NCBI RefSeq assembly: GCF_037042905.1
Contig: NC_087252.1
Location: 24,244,001-24,308,000 of the forward strand
Length of the DNA: 64,000 nucleotides
From: Lytechinus pictus
Taxonomy: Eukaryota
Direction: 5' to 3'
Part shown: positions 1 through 15,100 of the stretch, piece after piece
Position numbering within the stretch: the stretch's first letter is position 1
Layout of the letters: each line of letters starts with the position of its first letter
Position numbers and translations under genes: made by a program
Notes under the pieces: model-generated
Seen by the model: only the letters and a program-made list of their open reading frames with translations
Database searches by the model: none
Told to the model about the DNA's origin: nothing

Positions 1-878
1 ATGTCTATCAGCCATTGATGGTCGAATACGAAGGTTTGTGCATGTGGTCAAATGCAAAATCACAACTAATTTGATTAATCGATTCATACAAACAAATTAC
101 TGGAAAGCTAAACATCGTCCCTCACTCATGCAAGTCAGATCAACTAGGGGGAAAACCCCCTATTTCCAACACCAGCATGAAATTCTATGAATAGATTGAT
201 TAGCATTTCAATGGAGGGTGAAAATTCAACACCTGTTTTGCTTGAATCCACGTCCATAGCTTGAGGTATTCAAACCACATACAAAACAGCTCTGATTTAT
301 ACAAGTTTAAAATCTTTCTATTAAAATACATGTACATATACATGTGCATGTACAGGTAGGCCCTATAAAACTGAAAGTCATCTGACACAGTGACACCGTC
401 AATATTTTTACAAAGTACCACGTATTAAAGTCGTAACGTACAGTACCTTCGGCAATGCAAAAAAGCTCATAAACTTGTGGGGCAGTCCCGAGCTGATATT
501 TCTAATTAATGATGTATAAATCCCATTAAACAAATCAGGGGAAAAATAACCTCGGGGCTGGGGTCAATTTAGCCCCCGAAATACTAAAAAGAGCCCAAGA
601 AACTTTTTTTTTTTAAAGAGGGGGGGGGGGGGCTCTGGAAATACCTATTCATCTCAGTGTTATGGCTTTGAATAAAGTTGAACATTTAGGCAGTAAGTTT
701 TGAAAAGCAGCCCTCCCCCCCAAAAAAAAAAATTATGATAATAAATAATTTTTGGCCTGGAGCAGACCATACAAGCGCAAACACCTTTAGACTACTAGCA
801 CTTTATTATAAAGGAGAAATTACAGTAAAAATGGAGGTTTACAGAGCTACATGTAACTGTCAATATTACAAGACATAC

Positions 879-954
879 CTGCTTGTCCAACTTTAGAATG
901 CTTGCGTTGTTATCATCTGGATATTTCAATCATGAATGCAAAATGTTCATAAAT
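879..954 (-). other. Putative non-coding exon 3 (76 nt) of an unidentified gene
   Basis: tttttcttttcAG|ATTTATG...AAGCAG|GTATGT; stop codons in all three frames. Confidence 0.5.
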
Positions 955-1114
955 CTGAAAAGAAAAATATAATAAGAGAAAAACATTTAGGAAATTGTAC
1001 ATGTTGGTCCTACACTGTACAAATCAATGCACTTGGCATAAAAAATGCAAATCGGCAGATGTATAGGCCTAAGCCCTATATATTTTTAGAGGCCCGGGTT
1101 TAATTGTCTTCTAA

Positions 1115-1579
1115 GACACCGTTCTCACTACCTTTCTAAAAATACTGGAAACTAGTTAAGTGGAAACCAGTTGAACGTGTAATGAGAACGGTCGAAGCGG
1201 TCTTGCAAGCGATCTTCCAAACCGGGTCATTAAACCACCACGCGATGTAGATTTCAAGATCGCTTTGCCTCGTTAAACTGGTTTTAGCGTATTAAAGTAA
1301 GGAGACACAACCGTTCTTCGGGAAGCGATCTTCGCATATTTTGAGCGCGCAACTCCACACACTGTGTGTAGAATGCCTACGGTGCAGTTTCAAATTTCGC
1401 GCGAAATGTGTCACCCCACTGAGAGTGTTCCCATAGCAACAAGATGGCATTACGTGAAGTGATTTTGAAAACCACTTCTGGGTGATCAAGTGGGAACGCT
1501 GGCAAAGCAATCCTCCAAACTGGTTTCCTGAACCGAATTCCAGTAAACTAGTTTTAGAAAGCGTAATGAGAACGGGGTC
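1115..1579. mobile_element. Harbinger-type MITE
   Basis: TAA|GACACCGTTCTCACTAC...GTAATGAGAACGGGGTC|TAA. Confidence 0.75.
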
Positions 1580-4025
1580 TAATTCTAGCTTCTGACAGAA
1601 TTTTTCAGAAAACAAATATTTTATGAACACAATAGCTTACAAAAATCTGATTTATTCATCTCCCCTATCCAAAATATGCCAACTTGTTATATTTTATAGC
1701 TCCCTTTTGGATACTAAAATGCCAGAGCAAAGTGCATTTTGGGTTAAACTTTTCCCCATCAAAAATCTACTTGAGTCGAAACTGGGATGAAATTTTGTCC
1801 CAATAATGATGAAGCCTTCAGACTAAACAAATAGAAGATCTGGGATTTAAAAAAAAAAGGCCAGTCAAAATTGACCTTTGAACTTGCCAGTGCAGCATCT
1901 GAAAGGGCAAAACATTCCACAGCTGTTTGGCTGTAGGTCATGTGAAGGGCAAATGCAGGTATTACTGCAATGCACAGTGCAATGTGTATGAACTACAATA
2001 CATGTACATGTGCACTGAGTGCACATAATCCGCAGCCAAACACAGATATAGCAGACACCCATACACACAGCAACACACACACAGCAGACCACATGGTAAA
2101 TTATGTAGAAGAATGCACTGGTGTTCTGTTCCCTATACAGGTTATGGGCAGGCTCTTCTCTCTACTTACAATCCCCCCTCTGTGGGAATATGTAGCATCA
2201 TATTGCAACTGATCAGAGTGTTGTCATCTTCATTGTTGTCATCATTTTCATCCTCATCTTTGTGATATGTTCCCTTTCTCCCCTTCTTTTGAACCCCACC
2301 CATCCCCCGAGTCTGTCCCAATATCTCCCCCTTATCTCTCTTTCCCACTTGTTGCAGTTTCTACCACTATTTTAATCTGTACATTCATGTCTATAAATGG
2401 AATTGTCTTTGAGCCAGGATAATGTACATAACACTCAAATTCTTCCAAATTTGCCTTCCTTTCTAACCAAAAACTTGCCATTTCTACAATGACATAGCCT
2501 ACCTCCTCTTTCACTTTCTATCTTCCCAACATTCCCCTCAACTTGTTGCTCTCTCTCTCTCTTTCTTTCATACCTTATTTTCCAACCAAATGTACAAAAG
2601 TAAAAAATAGCATACACACACAAAAAATGACACATACTGTATCCGTATATGTAGCCAGTATCTCACATAAAAAAAATCATAGGGCTCCACAAAGAAAAAT
2701 GTATTGTAGGCCTAAATTTGAATGACCAGACACCCCAAACAGAAAAACTAAACAATTTTTTGTTGGTTTGTTTAGAAATATGGACGCAATTAAAAGTTCA
2801 GTTGTTGATATCATTGTATGAATTATAAAAAAAACAGTACTTGTACTAGATCTACATTGTAGCTGTAGATGTATTCTATATCTGTACATGTACATTATTC
2901 ATGAAGACCCATATATCTACAATTCTACATGTACAGTATGTAGAATGCAGAAGACATTTTTTTCAATCATGAAACTTCTGACGATCCTATATGTAATTCA
3001 GGCCTTTTACTGTTTTAGTACGCAAAGTTTGACGGCCCTTTTAAGTGCATTTCTGAATTAATCACACAGGACAAATGATCTATAATAATCCAGACCCAAA
3101 TCCTAATGGATCATTTATATATAACTCAGTCCAGTACATGTGTACGTGTTGGATTTTTCAACTATTATCATTTTCTTTTTGGGGGATGTGTGTATTAATA
3201 AAAGACATGCATTACAACTTCCAGAGGGGGTTCGCGTGCTTGGTGTAACTCACATCAACAAAGGAACAGATGAGGCCATGTGAATTGCGAAATGGGCTCT
3301 TCCCCTGAACGACAAACCAAGCGCAGCTGTACTTTGGAATGAGTAACAGTCAGCTGATTTCTATTTACAGTACATGCAGGTATTTCAGAGCAGAGATGAC
3401 CTTTGACCCCAAGCAATCATTGTTCTTACTTTCTGTTGGTTTTACACATTCAATATACATGTACATGTACATACATGTACTCCAAATGACAAGTTTGTTG
3501 CTCTAAGGACTAATATGGTACATGTTCATGCACTATATTAAAAGTAGAATGATGACAGATTTCATGAACATGTAATTGATTTTTCTGTCTGAAAACGTAA
3601 CAGTATTCAACTTCCCCTAACATGTAATTCCTATCCTTCAGAACCGTTTTTTTTTCACAATTGGTACTTCCTCTACAAATTACAATACCATACATGTACA
3701 TTACATGTGCCTGATAAATTTGCTTAATTTTTGTTGTATGAATTTCTACTAGCAAATTACAGTTGCAACCCCCCCCCCCAACCTGCATGCATGTATCCCC
3801 CCTCCAAAAAAAAAGAGCTTGCATAATACTAAAAGAGAACATACAGTTGGATGTACATGTATATGTCGCATTCTGTGGGGTTTACAGGTGAAATTGGTCA
3901 TTCGATTTAATAGTCTAATAGTATGTGGAATTTAGAGCTGAGCAATTGTCGCTGGAGCAAATGTCATTTTTCAAACCAGTGTACATGTACATGTAATGTA
4001 GCTGATAAACTTTGGTCACCTTTTA

Positions 4026-4443
4026 AGCCCCCATCACACTTATTCGGAATCAGCAGGAATCAAGCAGAAGCTGGAAAGAAAAAAATATTCACAAAATCTA
4101 GAAATTTTTGGGAGGAACTTATGAATTCACCAAACTGGAGTTGAAATTCAGTAAATTGACCAGGTGTATCATCATACACTAGTCAAAATGAACCGCAATG
4201 GAGTCAGATTGATAATTCGTGCTACGTTCTTGGACATTCTAGGGGCATTCTAAATATCCTGACTGCATTCTGCGTGCATTCGAAATATTTTTGTCATTTC
4301 TTTTGGCCGTCCCGAAGGTTTTGGTCATGTTCAAAACATTCGAGGGATATTCGAAGTAGATTTAAATGACCAACTGGTGGTCAAACAATAGTCCTTTCAT
4401 TCAGGCCAATTCTGCTTGATTCGGAATAAGTGTGATGGGGGCT
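4026..4443. mobile_element. Harbinger-type MITE
   Basis: TTA|AGCCCCCATCACACTTATTC...GAATAAGTGTGATGGGGGCT|TTA. Confidence 0.8.
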
Positions 4444-5538
4444 TTACCAAGTCTGGCAGGGAAGAATATTCAATCAGTCATGAAACATGACTTTAATACT
4501 GTACACGTGTTCATTACATAATGTACATGTACAATGTATAGCAAGTATTACGCAATACCATGATTCAGTCTGAAAGTGTTTTGGACTTTCCAAGGGATCA
4601 AAGCCAACGACATCATCATGACCCGATTTCATCAAACTTGTAAATGATTGCACATTGCGAGCTCCTGTTATAACCTACTGAAATCCTGCAATCTGATTGG
4701 TCGGGAGTAATTTTCCATCAATTTCTAGCTTTATGAAAGGCAACCGTAAAAGGAAATCATGTCATGAGAGTGACACAACTTCCGGGGAAAGTCTTGTTGA
4801 CACAAACATAAATCACGCAACGACATGCCTACGGATTGCGACTTGACAAGTCATTCTATACAATCAGGAAATACATGTGGGCACGCACCAGGAGGCACCT
4901 AAGAACAGGATATTGCACAATTGAAGATTTCCCAAACTGCATTAAACATCCTACATGTATTGTAATAGGCTAAGTTTACTCAACACTTTCATCTCTAGCA
5001 AGAGCAGGATTTTTTCTTTTTTTAATGTTTCAAACAAAACATGTTGTTCAATTGTTGTCTTGTTTCATGAAGACTGCAGTGAAAACAAACCGAAACAATT
5101 ATAAAGCACTATTTGAATTGAAAATTGTACTAAAAATGCGAAGGGGGGTGAACTGCAACCCCTCCAAAATAAATAGCTCACTGAAATAAGATTGATATAA
5201 AAATAAACTAATAAAAATAACTACATGTACAAGTACATACAAATTCAAATCAAAATATCAATAAAAATTAAAAATAATTAATAACTGATTAGGCCTATAC
5301 ATGTATTAAAATCACAGATGAAAAATCAAGTAACAAATTACAAAAGTACATGTGCGTACAGTCCAATATAATTCTAAGAAACTCAATCTCCTTTTTGCCA
5401 TATTCTTTCAAGAAAAAAACCCTGATTGTTTAATAGGCCTACATGTACCATGTAATTCTTAATACTTTACATGTACATGTGCAAGTAAAGGTCATAAACA
5501 GCAACCGATTTCAATAAAAAGAAACACAAAACAATTAA

Positions 5539-5895
5539 AGGTATTGTTTAACTTTGTGAGCAGCCGATTAAAAAAATTCTCAAACCAAGATGAAACATGT
5601 GTACAAGTGCATGTATTAGAACTAATAAACCCTGAAAACAACCATTATTGAGAATGAAAAGCTAAAACTACAAGGCAAACCCCGATGACGCCTAAATAGT
5701 ACACATAAGTGTATGGGATGAAATTAAGATGGTGTTTTTGGTCACTTTATATTTCAATTTTTGAAGCACTAAATAATTATTTTCAAACGCAATTTTTTCT
5801 GGGCTTCATTTTTGTAACATATCACAGACACAGGTGACAAGTGTGACCTTCTAGCTCAGATTTTTTTTAAGTCAAACCAATGTTAACCAATCTCT
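5539..5895. mobile_element. TTAA-flanked MITE (Kolobok-type)
   Basis: TTAA|AGGTATTGTTTAAC...GTTAACCAATCTCT|TTAA. Confidence 0.65.
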
Positions 5896-7471
5896 TTAAA
5901 AAAGCATAAATGTTCACAAATGAATTTTTGAAGCCTCTTGACAGAACATCTCTCTCACTCTTTATCGGTGTAAATTTTATCTGCTACATAAAGCAATTTT
6001 ACAGGAACATTGCAGCTAAATGATAGGAAACTTGCTTCACAAAACATAAAACGCAATTTACATACATGTATCTCTATTGTCAAGAGATTTCATGTACAAA
6101 TATAAAATACACATAAGCTCTTTAATACTGCACACTGCAGCACACAGAACTCCCAGAGGGGGGATGCCAGTGAATGGAACTTCGTCAACAAAGACAGTCT
6201 GTGTGTCTGGCTTGCTTGTGTGCAGTGGCAATGATGTGATGCAAGCCAAGCCAAGCAAGGTTTAGACATGCACAGAAATGTGCTGCGTTGGTTGAGAAAT
6301 TATCTTCGCTACTCATTTATTGTCTCAAACTAAAGCAGAAAGTTCACCCCATTGTCTTCTTCACTCCAGGGGGAAAATGGAAGCCTTGCTTCTGGGAAGG
6401 AAATGACTGACCTATGGTATTGTCTTTGCCTAACAAATTAGCAGGGGTCTGTGAGTGTACAGGCCACAGAATATGAATAACTTTCACTATGCTTTCATGC
6501 ATGGTTTCGAGGTCTATTCTACATGTACGTTGTACAGTATATGTATATTAGTTGTGTATTTATATTAAAGAAACAATAGAGGATCTATTAATAGCCAAGA
6601 CAACCTTGCAATACACAAAGCTCGCTCAGAGATTAAAGTTTAAGTACTTCTACATTTAAATTTGTTGCAAATATAATGAAGGCCTACATGTATGTACTTG
6701 ACTTTGTATATATATGTACATGTACATGTACATGTATATTTGTACCTCCTTGAAAACACAATGTCCATGGACATTACAGTTAACACTTATTAATGTATTT
6801 ACAGTACATTTAACATTACATTTCAGAATGCCATTATAAACTACATGTAATTACATTTTGAGTACTATTTTTAATAGTTTGATCTTATTTGTGAGTAATA
6901 TTATTTTCATCACGTTTTGTGACAATCATTGTCAATTTGATAGATATTGCTTTAATAAACTCGTTCTCAAGACAGAATGTAAGAAACTGAAGATACAGGA
7001 GAGGGAAAGTTTCTGAATATTCCTTTTTTTTTTGTTTTATGAATGGTATACAGTACATCTAAAATATTTGATATCAGGAATGTACAACTTAAAACATTTC
7101 CCACCCAATCACAATTTTTTTTTGCTCACGTTTAGGCCAATCTTACTTCAACAAAATGCAACAAATGATGTACTATACATGTACATGTATAGGGTCTATG
7201 CAAATCCTGAAGAAAAAAATCAGTCTCAAACTGTTCACCTTTTTCATGTACATGTAATTTTACTCTAGGAAAGGCTGTTTTGCTAACCCCCAAATTGAGT
7301 TTTGATGGAAAAGTCAATGTGTTCTACCAAGGGCATCGGATGTCCGCTACCCTTGTAGCAACAAAGGAGAGGAAGAGAAAAGGGAAAGTGACTCGGAAGC
7401 TTGACAACAATTAAAACAATGTACATCATGGATGGGGTGGAAAGCTCGAGCGATGACACGGGAGAGAGGTC

Positions 7472-7855
7472 ACAGGGTTCCCAGCTTAATTTCAAGAAAA
7501 CAAAATTCCCTGGTATTTTCCTGATTTTTCCCTGATGAAGTTTAGAAATTCCCTGATAATAAACCCATTCCCAGTTTCGCATGTTTTCTAAGTTGTTGCA
7601 GTGAATTACATGTAAAAAAAACCACAAAAAACCGCCATAACCAGTCATTCAATGGTTGATGTTTTGATATGCAACAAAATATAATAGACTCTGACTGACT
7701 ACCGTGCTTTCGACTTTGGGGCCAATCAAAATTCCCTGATTTTTTCCATCATTTGAGGCATTTTCTCCTGATTTGAGGTATTTTTAAAATCAAATTCCCT
7801 GATTTTTCCCTGACTGGAAAAAAGTAAAATAATTTTCCCTGGAGGTGAGAGAACA
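7472..7855 (+). repeat. Dispersed DNA-transposon-like repeat; second copy at ~33880-34280
   Basis: CAGGGTTCCCA start and TTCCCTGA repeats; near-identical sequence at both loci. Confidence 0.7.
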
Positions 7856-8546
7856 TTAGAAAGGGAAAACAGATACAACACACTAGGAGTTACAACCCTA
7901 CTGTACAACACACACAAGAAAAATATTTATTTTCATAGTCAACATTTATAAAAACCTACTGCCTATTCTGCAACATGTACATTGGAAAAGCTTTAAACAT
8001 TTGACACAGAGAATGGGGTCAAATTTCAGGGGCTCTTTTTTTAATTTTCAGGGCTCTTTTGAGGATTTCAGGGGCAAAATCGCCCTGAGCCTGTGTATTG
8101 TTATTTTCTCTGATGTACATTGTACATGTGCATGTAACAAAATAAAGGGGAAAATAAAAGATACAATAGATATACATTGTACATGTACATACATGTATAG
8201 AGAGAGCAAAGAGAGAGAGATAAAGAAAAATAAATGAGAAAAGGTAACTGTAGGAGCAACAAAAGGAATGACAAACCTGTGGTCATCATGAATAAATCTT
8301 ACAATGTAGGCAGGGCGAGGATTCAAATATTCACGGAAAAAAACACCCACTCCCTTTGCAAAGATTTGAAAGGGTCCACCAATTCCTATTGAATTGAATA
8401 AATGATTCATCTGCACTATAGCCTACGGATGATGACTAAATTGTATGTTTATTGTAGATAAAGCCTATTATCATTAACACCCATACATGTACACACCCTC
8501 AAATACTAAAAGACTTCACTAAAAATTACTTATAAAGGGCATTTAA

Positions 8547-9129
8547 AGGAGAATGAAACTCTTGGAGCAAGTTAGCTTTTGTGAAAGCAGAAAAATCAAA
8601 GAATAAGATCATCAAAACTTTGAGTAAAATAGGACTAGCAATAAAAGAGTTATGAGCATTTGAATGTCGAGATCACTAATGCTATGGAGATCCTCCCATT
8701 GGCAATGCGACCAAGATCTGTGATGTCACACACGTACAACTCTCCCATTTGGACACTGAAAATATACCCCAAAACATATCTTTTTGCTCATTCTAATCAT
8801 ATGACAAACGATTCATCAATGATATAATGTTGTGAAACCTCTGTACTTGTCATCTCATAAAGAGAACACCTCACCTTGTGATAGACTCTATAAAAGTGAG
8901 AATATAAGTGAAATAAGTACTAAAGTAATGAGGGAGTTGTACGTGTGTGATATCACAGATCTTGGTCGCATTGCCGTTGGGAGGATCTACATGGCACTAG
9001 TGATCTCAATATTCGAATGCTCATAACTTTCTTATTATTCATTCAATCTTCCTCAAACTTTCAACAATATGTTTCTTTGATTTTTCTCTTTGATATGGAT
9101 TCAGCTGGTTTCAAGGGTTTCATTCTCCT
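8547..9129. mobile_element. TTAA-flanked palindromic MITE (Kolobok-type)
   Basis: TTAA|AGGAGAATGAAAC...GTTTCATTCTCCT|TTAA with long inverted arms. Confidence 0.85.
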
Positions 9130-12100
9130 TTAAGAACTCGGGACCTCATCCCCACCCCTTTCCCACAAAAAAAATCATTATCCAGCTACATGTACTTTAT
9201 TACAGAGAAAATGTAAACTACTCGACACAAAAAATACTTTAAAAGGTCATTTTACATGTAAGAACTCGGAACCTCATCCCCCCCCCCCCCCCAAAGAAAA
9301 AAAAAATCATTACCATGCTACAGTACATGTATCACAATGAAATAATTTGCATTTTCATTTTGCTGCTCAATTGATGTACATGAACATTAATACTGTATAA
9401 ATTGGCACATTAAAAATATGGGCTGAGAAAATGCAAGTGTAAAGTACATACATGTACATGTACACATGTATGTATCAGCCATTGTTTTTTTAGCCCTTCC
9501 TACACGTACGTATGTACATGTACACATAAGTTTTGTTTTGAGCATTCCATTATTATTAAAGAACAAAAGGTTCAGTAAATTGTACAGTACAGGGTTACAA
9601 AATACCAGTGTAAAGAGGGCCCTTCTGGTCTTTATCTATACAAGACAACAATACTACTGTACATGTACTTCCCTATTCCTGTTTTGGTGGAGAAAAGGGA
9701 AAAATTCCTAGAAAATCTGCTTTTAGAAACGATTGATCAGTAGTCAATCTGCTCTTTGCAGTATTATATATTAATACCTACTTTACATGATGTACATGTA
9801 CATGTATGAGGAAGAAAAACATCACAACTCAAGAACTAAGCAAAATCACAAATGAGCTACATGTACATGTACTGTAAATCTGTAACTTCTTGAGAAAGAA
9901 CTCCAACATCAATTGGGTTGGGGGAGGGGGCAGTAAATGTTCAAGTGAATGTACATGTAAAGGGCAACAAAATATGTTGACAGCAAACTGTTGTTACATA
10001 CATGTACAGTGCACATGTAAAATCTGGTAACTTTTTCCAAAACTATTTTTAAAAAATCCTATTTATTAAAAACTGGATACTGAGAATCAATCTCTGAGAT
10101 AGATTTTTACAATATCATAATTTGTAATATGAAAATTTTACATGGAAGTCACAAAACTCATGAAATTCACACCACTGGCACTGTCATAAATCTGTACTGT
10201 GCATTCGATCAATAAACACAAAGTACAACACATTAATACACAAAAAATATTTTGGAGGACTCCAGTCAAGCAGTGAGGAATGTCTAGTCAAACACCAGTC
10301 CATTTTTTTCTCTACTTTGAAAAGTTAAGATCCTTTTTATGTTTCTTCTGAACAGATTCAGCATTAAAAAAGAAATGGGGCATTTTTATTCCCTTTCAAG
10401 AATGACAAACAGGATCACCAAATTCCGGCTCTGGCTGGCGTTTTTAATGACAGCAAAATCATTCTAATCTATTCATTGCATTGTGAACAATCTTGGATAG
10501 CTGACTTCATGTCTGAGACGAAGTAATGTATCACTTCATAATGTTTATAGCATCATGCGTAAACAAAATCAGCAGAATAATTTCTCTATTACTTTTCCAC
10601 TGTAACTGTGCATGTACAGGTGTAGAGTTTTTTTTTTTACATCATTTTAAAATATTCCATTGCTTTGTTAGGGCTTTTTGATATCATTGGGAATTTCTTA
10701 CATGTACTTCCGATTTTCTTTCAAATTACAATTACATTTCATCATTTATCTCGTATTGATTCTGTTAATGCGGCTAATAAAAATGGAAATCATGACAAGG
10801 AAATGTAATTTTCAATATTCATCCCCTCCTAATCCTCTCTCTCTCTCCAATGTGCCAACCACATGATAGAATTTTGACAGTTTGACAGTATAATGTATGC
10901 GTTTAGACCAGTAGACTTCCATCGTTTACAAGGTAAAATCAAAACAATCCTTGTACTCGTATTGCCTTTTTTTCTTTAATAGTAAGAAAGTACTTATGTG
11001 TACATGATATATGTACACTGTAGCAAAAATGTAAAATAAAAAGGAGTTAAAGAAGCGAAAATATTTTTAAAATGTATCCTCTTTTTTTATCAAAATATTG
11101 AACTAATCTCTACATACATGTAGTACATTAGAATGTACATATATATCAGGGAAAAGTTTACACAGCGGCTCGGGGCAATTTCATCTCCCCCACCCCCCCC
11201 CCCCCATCCCATTTACTGCAATGTCAAAAGTTTCTCCAATATTGTAGGTTTACGTTGTACGTTGTGAAAAAGTAGCCCCCGGAAACAAAACAAAGTCTTT
11301 TGGGGGGGGGGGGCCTGATGCAGATACAGCATCTTCACTCACAGCTGCACAAAATAGGGTACTGGTATTAGAGGCAAACCTTTAAACCTGTTTCTTGTGT
11401 GTTTCTCTTTAAATGAAGTTGGTATTACTCAAAGAGTCTGAACAGGGTTTGAATACAAATTGGTAATATCCTGTTGAGAGGTGTCAAGTTAATTAGGACC
11501 AATGAATCTGATTAGATGAAAGTGGGAACGCATATTCATGACATGAACATGGAGCGAATTCTTGTCAACATGCATCATGGTCCGAGACCGATAAACACTG
11601 ACAAGTACAGGTACATGTGGGCCTACATGTAAACTGCATTGCTTTTAGTTTTAGTTTAATACATGTCAATCGTTCACATGGAGAATTGGGGACCAGGGGC
11701 CCGTGACACAAAGTTTAGCAATGATCATAAAACATTTTTTTACGATTGATTACATCGACTACAATGTACAATCAATTGTGAAAAATCAATATTACGATTA
11801 TTTGCTATTAAAACCTTTGTGTTATGGAACACAGGCAATGTTTTTTTGTTTTTTGATTTCATTTTTGGGGGGCTACTTTCACAACCTACTAGTGCCTAAA
11901 TCTGCAACATTGGGTAATAAAGATTTAACACTGCAGTGAATGAGGATGTTCGGGGGCTATTTTTGAGCAGTTTTGGGTGAAATCTCCTCAAGCACTCACA
12001 TATTTTTTTCTCTTGTTGGAGACTACAATGATTGTAGCAAAAACAATGAAAATGTTTATCACTGCGGTGCAATTTTCTTCTTTTTTTTGTCAACAAATAA

Positions 12101-15100
12101 AATTTTACTGAATCGGACAGGAATCAAATCAACAGAGGACAAAGAAATAATATGGAAGTCTTTCATTTAGATCAAAATGTGATTTGAAATTAAAAGTTGC
12201 TACATTTTGTTCACATTCATATTCAATTATGAAGAGAGGTTTTCTTTTCTCACATTATTAAATGTAAATGTAACTGTACATTGCAATTGTACATGTACAC
12301 CATGGAAAATGCATGATGCATTAGAACAGGATCATACAGTAACCAACCGAAGAAACTGGAGCCACCATGAAGCAAAAAGTGAGCAGAAATTGCACAATTA
12401 ATTTCTTCCGAAAGAAGAAGAGCGCAATCAGCCCTTAGTCTCGATTGGCAGACCAAACTCATCAACTTTCCTGAAGAAATAAAATGCGTACACGACAACC
12501 TCCAACCGTGGGTTATGCAATAAGGATGACAATATTCTCCATATTGTACGCAAATTGCTAGTCTAAGTTAACAGACTCTGTGCTAGGTGAAATGCGCAGT
12601 TGATATGACCCAAGATGTGCACAACAGTAGCTTGTAGAGGAGACTAACCAATCTGAAAAATCTGGAGGTCTCTTTTTTTTCTTCTATCATCTTTACAAGT
12701 GTAGCAGGCTGGGTACAGACCTGATTCATTTCCGATGCGTTAGCGGGCCGGGAACGGAAGGGATTAATCCCGGCTCCCCTTTTCGGTGATTCAATCTGGC
12801 TCATTAAGTCGGTGGGTTACGAGACGAAGTAAGAGAGGGGACATCCAAGGCCAAGTATTGCATAGACAGGAGTCATCACAACACGGAGAAACTTCAGATG
12901 CACAAATGAAGAATAATTCCTTCCATTCAAACCAATGGTCGTTAGTTCAGAAATCATATCAATCATTTTTTCTATGCAACGATACATGTAGTACAAGTAC
13001 TTTAGATTACAAAGTAACAGTCAAGGCATACAGTACATGTAATAAGGGTTCTTCGTATAGCAACAGAAAATAATTTTTTTTAAATTGATAATTGATTCTT
13101 TCAGTCAAGAATATTTTCAATATCATATTTAAATAGTTATCTTTCTCCCTGAAACAATTGAGATGTGTTTTTTTCTTTTTTTTTACATAGTGTATGAGAA
13201 ACAGGCTGTGATATTCTTACAAACATTTATGAAAGTCTTGTTTCTACAAAGCATACAAATGGTAGACAGTAACATTGTTATTAAGGAATCCCAGATCTGT
13301 AGCCTAATGTACAGAACCACTACAATGTACAGTGTACTGTATAGATCTGCAAAAATGATGTTAATTGTACTATTAACACAAGTCATTTTTTCTTGTATAG
13401 TTTCTCAAGGATTTAAATTAAAATTGACTTTTATCAAATAAATTGAGGAAACCATTTTTCAATGTAAATTACAATCTAAGTCCTACCAATTCAACTGTTT
13501 ACAGGGACTGGTAGTTACTTTTGTTTATGCTTGTCAAGAATTTATCTCAATGTACAGTGTACATACAAACTTTTTTGTTAGAAATTATATTGAACAATCT
13601 TCAAATCAGGCAACAAATTATCTTCATATTTTCAGGGGCTACCCTTTTGATTTACTGCCCAGATCTGCAACATTGGATAAGCTTTACCATGGCATTACAA
13701 TGAATGGGGATTTCCAGAGCCCCTATTTTGAATTTTTAGGGCTCTTTTGAGCATTTCGGGGGCTCAATCGCCCCAAGCCTCAGTGTAATTTTTTCCCCTG
13801 CTTCAAATGACTGTTGGGGGTTGCGGAGAAGGGGGTGAAACTGCTGAAACTCACGGGGAGCGAGCTGCACCGGAAAGCTGTGGCGTCTAGCATAATTTAC
13901 TTGCAGTATGACCTCATTCTTTGAGTCCTGACAGACGCGGTATAGACACACTCTCTTGACTCGGCTCTATGAAAGACATCCTGCCTGGTAACATAGTGCC
14001 CCCGTTCTTCGCTCCTTCCTTCCTCCGAACCCCTGTGTCATACGACTTGTCATATTTCAAAACATAAGCGCAGTCTAGTCTCGATCGCAGAGCTCCAAAC
14101 GATTGGAAACGGCCCCGCTCCCAAAACAATGTCTGCACCACCGCAAGTGTAAATACAGACTGAACGAAAACTTTGAATTTGATTTTTTTCAGAGTGTTCC
14201 AATCTCCTACAATGAAAAATAGAAGAAATTTCCTCATTTTGTTCAATGAAAATTGTAAATAAAGACAAGTAGGAATTTTCAATTTCAGATAATAAACTGG
14301 CAGAAAGAAAGTTCTTCGTCAGATGTGCAATGGAGTTTAATAGAAAACGATATGGCACCACGTTGATGAACCAGACACAAAAGATTACATGTACATTGTA
14401 CAGGGCAAGGCATATCGGATGTACATGTGCAGGAATGACAACACATACAATATACATACCAACATCTACAGGACTTTTTAAGGTGAACATTTCAACATTA
14501 AAGGAATCCTTTAAATAAATACTTTGAAATGTTCAATATCCACAAATTCCACATCATGAAAAAGGTAGGCCTACTATGCACTGCAGTATGGCATGTCTAG
14601 AGCTACATGTACATGTACATTAACATATTTTATTCAATGGACTACATTCAGAATTAAAGGTTAGCCATTGGGATCAATCGTAGAATAATGTTCTACAACG
14701 ATTGCTAAGCTTTGCGTTACGGGCCATATACTGTACACGTAAATGTCACCTTTACTTCACACTATTAAAAACACATGAACCATCTTACTTTAACGATTGC
14801 AGGGTTATACATAATTTTAATAGAAAAGATCAAAAAAAATATTTCTAAATATTGTAATTTTACCTTAAATGACTTCATGATTTAATAAAACATACCAAAA
14901 AAATATATCAAAAAAAATATTTGTCTCTAGAAGGCTAGCCTCCTGCAACTTGGCAGGGGAGAACAACAACAAAGCAGAAAAACTGGGGAAAAAAACACCA
15001 ATTTTGTGTCATTTTCAGTATTTTGTTGAATCGTGATGTGCAAATTAATTAATGACAACTTTTACTGGAGATGAAACAACAAGATTTTACCCTGGAGAAC

